Below, one piece after another: positions 41,004-45,524 of a stretch of DNA of 45,524 bases (its first letter is position 1; each line of letters begins with the position of its first letter). A program made the translations under genes and the position numbers. The stretch is taken from IMG/VR virus record IMGVR_UViG_3300029608_000014. One strand, given 5' to 3'. This DNA is from a virus. The notes below the pieces were generated by a model, which had not been told where the DNA came from, searched no databases, and saw nothing but the letters and a program-made list of their open reading frames with translations.

Positions 41004-41392
41004 CAAGCATTTTGAGCCTTGACGGCAAGGAGTATCCGAATCTGCATGTTGTGAGCCTAAAGCGTTCGTTTTCCGTCCTCGACGGCGATAACGCGGGCCG
41101 CGTGATGACCGGCGCGATGACGCGCGACATTATCGGTACATTTTACAATTACAGTTTGGAGATCGATCCTGTTTCGTCTGATCTTGCAGAATATGATGCG
41201 TTTTACGAGAACATTTCCGCGCCGGTCGATAGCCACGTTCTGACTGTCCCGTATGCGCAATCTGTTTTGACGTTTGATGCCTATGTGGCAAACGGAGAAG
41301 ATGAACTTGTATCAAGATACGGCGATAGGAGCGAATGGCAGAACTTATCGATTAACTTTGTTGCAATGAAACCGAAGAGGGTTCCGGTATGA
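41000..41392 (+). CDS. Distal tail component (small, Dit-position)
   Basis: ATGA overlap with the TMP gene; 130 aa. Confidence 0.45.
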   Translation: MTSILSLDGKEYPNLHVVSLKRSFSVLDGDNAGRVMTGAMTRDIIGTFYNYSLEIDPVSSDLAEYDAFYENISAPVDSHVLTVPYAQSVLTFDAYVANGEDELVSRYGDRSEWQNLSINFVAMKPKRVPV

Positions 41393-42852
41393 GCGTTCGA
41401 GTGATTTATGAGGACGTTGCGGTAGGCGCGGCGGAGGCGGCCAGCGTGGCGAGCACCGCTGCGAAGCCCTTCTCCGACCTTCCGGAACTGCCGTATGGCA
41501 CAGAGCCGGTGATCGTCGCAACAAACGAGCTGAACCAGTGGGTGCTGGACGGCTCCCACCCGATCCTCACGACCGAGCGGGCAGCGTTCTGGTCTTCGGC
41601 TCCGAGCAAAGCGGACTGCACCTTTGACGCGAACCCGACGCTGACTATCACGCTGGACGGCACGTTCGCAAGCTCCGGAATTTACCTCTATTTTGACGGT
41701 GGCACCGGCGACTATTGCAGCGCCCTGACCATGACGTGGTACAACGGCGAGACAACCGTCGCGTCGCAGGACTTCACGCCGGACGGCCAGAAATATTTCT
41801 GCGCCAAGCCCGTCACGGGCTACAACAAGCTCGTGATTGAGCTGAAAAAGACGAGCCTGCCGTACCGCTATGCAAAGCTCCGGCAGATATTCTTCGGCAT
41901 CGTCCGGGAATTCGAGCGGGAAGACCTGCGCAGCGTCAACGTCACAGAGGGCGTCAGCGTGATTTCTGACGACGTGGAGATCAACACACTAGATTTCACG
42001 CTCGACAACTCGGATGATATCGACTTTATTTTTCAGGAGAAGCAGCCCGTCAGCGCCTACGACGGCGCAAAGCTGATCGGCGTCTTTTACATCAAGAGCT
42101 CGTCCCGATCGAGCGAACGGCTCTATGATGTATCCTGCCAGGACGCGCTTGGCATTCTGGACGACGAGCCCTTCGCGGCGGCGGTCTACAGCAGCAAAAA
42201 CGCGAAGGAGCTGATAACCTCGATTCTCGGCACGCACTTCTCGCTGGACTTCGACCCTGCACTGGAAGACGAGACCGTAACCGGCTATATCCCGGACTGC
42301 ACGAAACGAGAAGCGCTGCAACAGATTGTTTTCGCGCTTCGTGCGACCATTGACACGAGCGCGTCGCGTGGCGTGCGCGTCCGGAGGCTCACAGCAGCCG
42401 CTCCTGCCATGATCCCACTTGACCGGACATACACGGGCGGCAGCGTGGAAACGGCGGCAGTGGTCACGGAGATCCGCGTGACGGCACACAGCTATTCGGC
42501 GTCCGGAAGCGGGGAGAACGTGGAGGTCGGCGGTACGACCTACTATCACACGACGTCTGTCACGTCCAAGACCAATCCGAACGCCACCACACAGACCAAG
42601 CCGAACGTCATCGAGGTACGCGACGCTACGCTGGTCAACAGCGACAACGTTGCCGCCGTCGCGCAGCACGTCTTTGACTACTATATGCGCCGTCAGACGC
42701 ACAGTGTCAAAATTGTCATGGACAAGGAAGCCCCGGGCGATTACGTGCAGACCACAACGCCGTGGGGCACGAAGATCACCGGAACGATCACCAGTATGGG
42801 CATTCGCCTCAGCGGAATCGCAGCGGCAGAATGCAAGATTATCGGCACATAG
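41389..42852 (+). CDS. Tail-tip / baseplate hub protein (Tal-position)
   Basis: ATGA overlap with the upstream gene; 487 aa; position after TMP and Dit. Confidence 0.55.
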   Translation: MSVRVIYEDVAVGAAEAASVASTAAKPFSDLPELPYGTEPVIVATNELNQWVLDGSHPILTTERAAFWSSAPSKADCTFDANPTLTITLDGTFASSGIYLYFDGGTGDYCSALTMTWYNGETTVASQDFTPDGQKYFCAKPVTGYNKLVIELKKTSLPYRYAKLRQIFFGIVREFEREDLRSVNVTEGVSVISDDVEINTLDFTLDNSDDIDFIFQEKQPVSAYDGAKLIGVFYIKSSSRSSERLYDVSCQDALGILDDEPFAAAVYSSKNAKELITSILGTHFSLDFDPALEDETVTGYIPDCTKREALQQIVFALRATIDTSASRGVRVRRLTAAAPAMIPLDRTYTGGSVETAAVVTEIRVTAHSYSASGSGENVEVGGTTYYHTTSVTSKTNPNATTQTKPNVIEVRDATLVNSDNVAAVAQHVFDYYMRRQTHSVKIVMDKEAPGDYVQTTTPWGTKITGTITSMGIRLSGIAAAECKIIGT

Positions 42853-42868
42853 AACGGAGGTGCGACAT

Positions 42869-43165
42869 TTGGTACAGGGAGATTCGTATAACCTTAGTGT
42901 TACCATCAAGAATAAAGGGCAGCCTCTGGACGTTGCAAGCGTTGAAAAGGTGGAAATTTCTCTGCTTTATCTGCAAAAGAGCTATCCGGGAGAGATCGGA
43001 TACGAGGACGGAAAGTTTCTGTTTCCCCTCACCCAGCAGGAGACCTTTCGGCTCCCGAAGCTCTGCCAGATGCAGGTGCGCGTGAAATTCAAGAGCGGTG
43101 ACGTGATTGGCTCGGAGATCAAGCAGATCGACGTTGCGCACGCGCTATCAAAGGCGGTGTTGTGA
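42869..43165 (+). CDS. Hypothetical tail-associated protein
   Basis: TTG 42869 lies 8 nt after GGAGG (42856-42860). The longer ORF in the track overlaps the upstream gene. Confidence 0.5.
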   Translation: MVQGDSYNLSVTIKNKGQPLDVASVEKVEISLLYLQKSYPGEIGYEDGKFLFPLTQQETFRLPKLCQMQVRVKFKSGDVIGSEIKQIDVAHALSKAVL

Positions 43166-43362
43166 TGGGCGGCATTGAATTTGAACTCAAGAACCGCGAT
43201 CCGATCGACGTTTCCTTTAACGTTTCCGTGCGTGCTGGCGGCGGCTCTGGCGGCGGAGGCATTGCATCGGCGCAGATCGATGAGATCCGCGTGCTGACAA
43301 AATCGGACTATGCCGCGCTGGACAAAAAGGACGCGCGGACACTGTATCTGTTGGAGGGATAA
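43165..43362 (+). CDS. Hypothetical tail-associated small protein
   Basis: TGATG junction with the upstream gene. LTKSDYAALDKKDARTLYLL motif, common in fibre proteins. Confidence 0.5.
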   Translation: MGGIEFELKNRDPIDVSFNVSVRAGGGSGGGGIASAQIDEIRVLTKSDYAALDKKDARTLYLLEG

Positions 43363-43363
43363 C

Positions 43364-43507
43364 ATGCTGGCAGTTGGAATCAAACGCATTCTGGAGCTGT
43401 TCATCGGCTCCATGGGCATCAAATCCGCCCGCTTGGGCACAGAAACCATCTACGAAAGGCCTGGCGGCTTTTTGTACATCGAACTCACAAGCGAAGAAAG
43501 GGGATAA
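43364..43507 (+). CDS. Hypothetical 47-aa protein
   Basis: GGAGGG SD upstream of ATG 43364. Confidence 0.4.
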   Translation: MLAVGIKRILELFIGSMGIKSARLGTETIYERPGGFLYIELTSEERG

Positions 43508-43513
43508 ATCCAG

Positions 43514-44176
43514 ATGGCAAGTTTTTTCAATCTGACACTTGATACGCTGGCACCTGCCGGCCTATCGCTGATCCTGAACGACGGCGCGCAGTACGCGACC
43601 AGCGCGACCGTCACCGCGAAGATCTCAGTCACCGACGCCGCGACGACCGGCTACCAGATGAAGATCTGGGGCACAAAGGCGGCGGCAAAGGAAGCAGATG
43701 CGTCGTGGGAGACGTTCGCCGCAACAAAATCCATTACGCTCCCGGACGGCGACGGCCTGAAGACGATCTATGTAAAGGTGCGCGACGACGTCGGCAACGA
43801 ATCGACTGCGGCCAGCGACTCCATCACGCTCAACACCTCGATCCCCGCCGTGACCATCACCGGCCCCGACAAGAGCCGCATCTCCAAGGTCACGGGCTAC
43901 GACGCGGCGGCCTTCTCCTTCGTCTGCGACGTAGACTTCGAGGAATACACCGTCCGCGTCGTTCCGGCGACGAGCAGCCTGCACACGGCGGGCACCCAGA
44001 TCCCGACGACGGGCGGCTCCACCAACGTCAGCGGCACGGCGGGCGGCTACAAGAAGAACACCGCCATCAACGTCACCGTCAAGGGCGCGGATCTCGAAGC
44101 AGCGTCCTCCGGCGACGGCGTGAAGATCGTGAAGGTCTTCGTCAAGAACGCCGCCGGGACGTGGAGCGCAGCCTAA
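43514..44176 (+). CDS. Tail/baseplate structural protein (Ig-like repeats likely)
   Basis: 220 aa; Thr/Ser/Ala-rich beta pattern. Confidence 0.55.
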   Translation: MASFFNLTLDTLAPAGLSLILNDGAQYATSATVTAKISVTDAATTGYQMKIWGTKAAAKEADASWETFAATKSITLPDGDGLKTIYVKVRDDVGNESTAASDSITLNTSIPAVTITGPDKSRISKVTGYDAAAFSFVCDVDFEEYTVRVVPATSSLHTAGTQIPTTGGSTNVSGTAGGYKKNTAINVTVKGADLEAASSGDGVKIVKVFVKNAAGTWSAA

Positions 44177-44553
44177 TGGCCGCGCCGGAGTTGACCTTCT
44201 CCATCACCGGAAACAAGATATCGGCAGTCTCGGGATTCGACTCGATCACCGTCACATTCTCGTCGGACATCGCCTATACGGCTTTTGAGTGCCGCGCGAC
44301 GAAGTCCGGCGAGGATTGGGGCCGCGGGAAGGGCGCTTTGATCGCGTCCTTCTCCCAGACCCCGGCGGGCACGCAGCGCACCTTTGAGGTATACGACGAT
44401 TTTCTGCTTTCCGGTGATGGGGAATACCGCATTTCGCTGTTCGCGCAAAGCGCGGACGGCAGCTGGAACGACAACTACGGCTTTATCCCGCTGGGAGAGT
44501 CGCAGGCGCTGAAGACCGCGGACGGCGAGGATTTTCTGTGTATGAAGGAGTGA
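44176..44553 (+). CDS. Hypothetical tail-associated protein
   Basis: TAATG junction with the upstream gene; 125 aa. Confidence 0.5.
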   Translation: MAAPELTFSITGNKISAVSGFDSITVTFSSDIAYTAFECRATKSGEDWGRGKGALIASFSQTPAGTQRTFEVYDDFLLSGDGEYRISLFAQSADGSWNDNYGFIPLGESQALKTADGEDFLCMKE

Positions 44554-44557
44554 TCGT

Positions 44558-44920
44558 ATGGCTTACAACAGCCAGTTTACCGGCGCGCAGATCGACGAGG
44601 CCATCGGCGACGTGCGCGGAAACAAAGCCGCATGGAGCGGCAAGCAGGACGTGCTTTTGGCCTCCGGGGCGAAGGTCGGCGACCTTATCAAGGTCAAGGC
44701 GGTGGACGCCAGAGGGAAGCCGACGGCGTGGGAGGTGGCCGCGGCTGGCACGGATTATCTAACGGAAGCGCCCGTGACGAGCGTGAACGGGAAAACAGGA
44801 GCTGTCAAGGTTCGCGAAGTGCCGTCTGTCACCGCCGCTGATAATGGAAAATTTCTGCGGGTTGTTTCCGGTGCATGGGTGGCTGTAGAGATCACAAACG
44901 CGAATGGAGGTAACTTCTGA
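44558..44920 (+). CDS. Hypothetical fibre-associated protein
   Basis: AAGGAG SD; 120 aa. Confidence 0.55.
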   Translation: MAYNSQFTGAQIDEAIGDVRGNKAAWSGKQDVLLASGAKVGDLIKVKAVDARGKPTAWEVAAAGTDYLTEAPVTSVNGKTGAVKVREVPSVTAADNGKFLRVVSGAWVAVEITNANGGNF

Positions 44921-45524
44921 TGGCGGAATATCTGACGAATACGGCTGACCTGACGGCGGTCGCCGACGCGATCCGCGCGAAGGGTGGCACGTCTGCGCAG
45001 CTGGTGTACCCGGCAGGATTCGTGTCGGCCATTCAGGCAATCCAGACCGGCATAGCCCCGCAACTGGTCGTAACGGTATCCGCCGGTGCGACCGTCACGG
45101 CGACAAACGGCTCCAAAACAATTACCGGAACATCTGACAGCACCGGAGTTTGTACGCTTACCGTTCCGGAGATCGGCACATGGAGAGTATCCGCTACGCT
45201 GGACGGGAAAACATCTGACACAAAAGCCGTAGCTATCACGGACAGCTACGCGGTGTCGCTTAATTTTGTATATCCGACACTGAATAAAAATACTTGGGAA
45301 ACAATAAAAAATATATCCGACGCGGGACAGGGCGCGAACTATTGGAGCATTGGCGACCGAAAGGCGGTAACGCTAAACGGCACGGTTGGACATCTTACAC
45401 TATCTAATTACACAATATACGCATTTGTCATTGGATTCAACCATAATGCGAGCCTAGAAGGGGAAAACCGTATTCATTTCCAGTTAGGCAAAACGGCGCT
45501 CTCCGGCGGTACGGACGTGTGTTT
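44920..45524 (+). CDS. 5' part of the junction-spanning tail fibre / receptor-binding protein (continues at 100-628)
   Basis: TGATG junction at 44918-44922. The frame is open to the window end. The N-terminus LTAVADAIRAKGGTSAQLVYPAGFVSAIQAI is typical of Firmicutes phage fibres. Confidence 0.8.
   Translation, partial: MAEYLTNTADLTAVADAIRAKGGTSAQLVYPAGFVSAIQAIQTGIAPQLVVTVSAGATVTATNGSKTITGTSDSTGVCTLTVPEIGTWRVSATLDGKTSDTKAVAITDSYAVSLNFVYPTLNKNTWETIKNISDAGQGANYWSIGDRKAVTLNGTVGHLTLSNYTIYAFVIGFNHNASLEGENRIHFQLGKTALSGGTDVC
45426..45524. repeat. Terminal direct repeat, identical to 1-99
   Basis: Read directly. Confidence 0.95.

Larger units (their letters stand above)
1..45524. mobile_element. Complete temperate tailed-phage genome (siphovirus-like gene order), circularly closed contig
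   Basis: Full set of modules is present (integrase/attP, immunity, replication/recombination, terminase-portal-capsid-tail-TMP, fibres, lysis). The 99-bp ends are identical and there are no host genes. Confidence 0.9.

Overview
The window looks like a complete, closed genome of a temperate siphovirus-type tailed phage. Unique length is about 45.4 kb, because bases 1-99 are identical to 45426-45524. The host is probably a GC-rich Firmicutes/Clostridia-like bacterium; this is inferred from the GGAGG-type Shine-Dalgarno sites and the protein families, and GC content was judged by eye, not computed. No host flanks are present, and the integration site is in its attP form.

Module order:
- Tail-fibre / receptor-binding locus, running through the circular junction (44920-45524 plus 1-4173).
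- Lysis cassette (4205-5738) and a small sigma-region-4-like regulator (5752-6000).
- A terminator-insulated, promoter-driven cargo block of ten ORFs of unknown function (6057-10165).
- attP, carrying a 3' fragment of tRNA-Ser(GCU), its terminator and arm-type repeats (10161-10479).
- Tyrosine integrase co-transcribed with a membrane-anchored XRE regulator (10480-12139, minus strand).
- An AT-richer immunity/accessory region (12140-14450) with a cI-like repressor, a coupled membrane protein and strong opposed promoters.
- Early genes (14451-25682): cro-like gene, small ORFs, a 27-bp tandem-repeat protein, YqaJ exonuclease / RecT / SSB, a replication protein with iteron-like repeats, a methyltransferase cassette, ASCH, a ThyX-like protein, a RuvC-like resolvase and a RinA-like late activator.
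- ParB-methyltransferase, terminase, portal, head, head-tail and tail genes (25897-44920).

The items most worth a second look:
- the cargo block at 6057-10165;
- a self-contained reverse-strand membrane-protein moron wedged between the tail chaperone genes and the tape measure gene (37762-38698);
- the membrane-anchored regulators and exclusion candidates in the lysogeny region;
- a tail-chaperone junction where a canonical GGGAAAG slippery site sits one nucleotide out of phase with the upstream ORF.

All functional calls rest on motif recognition from memory and on gene order. No searches were run.
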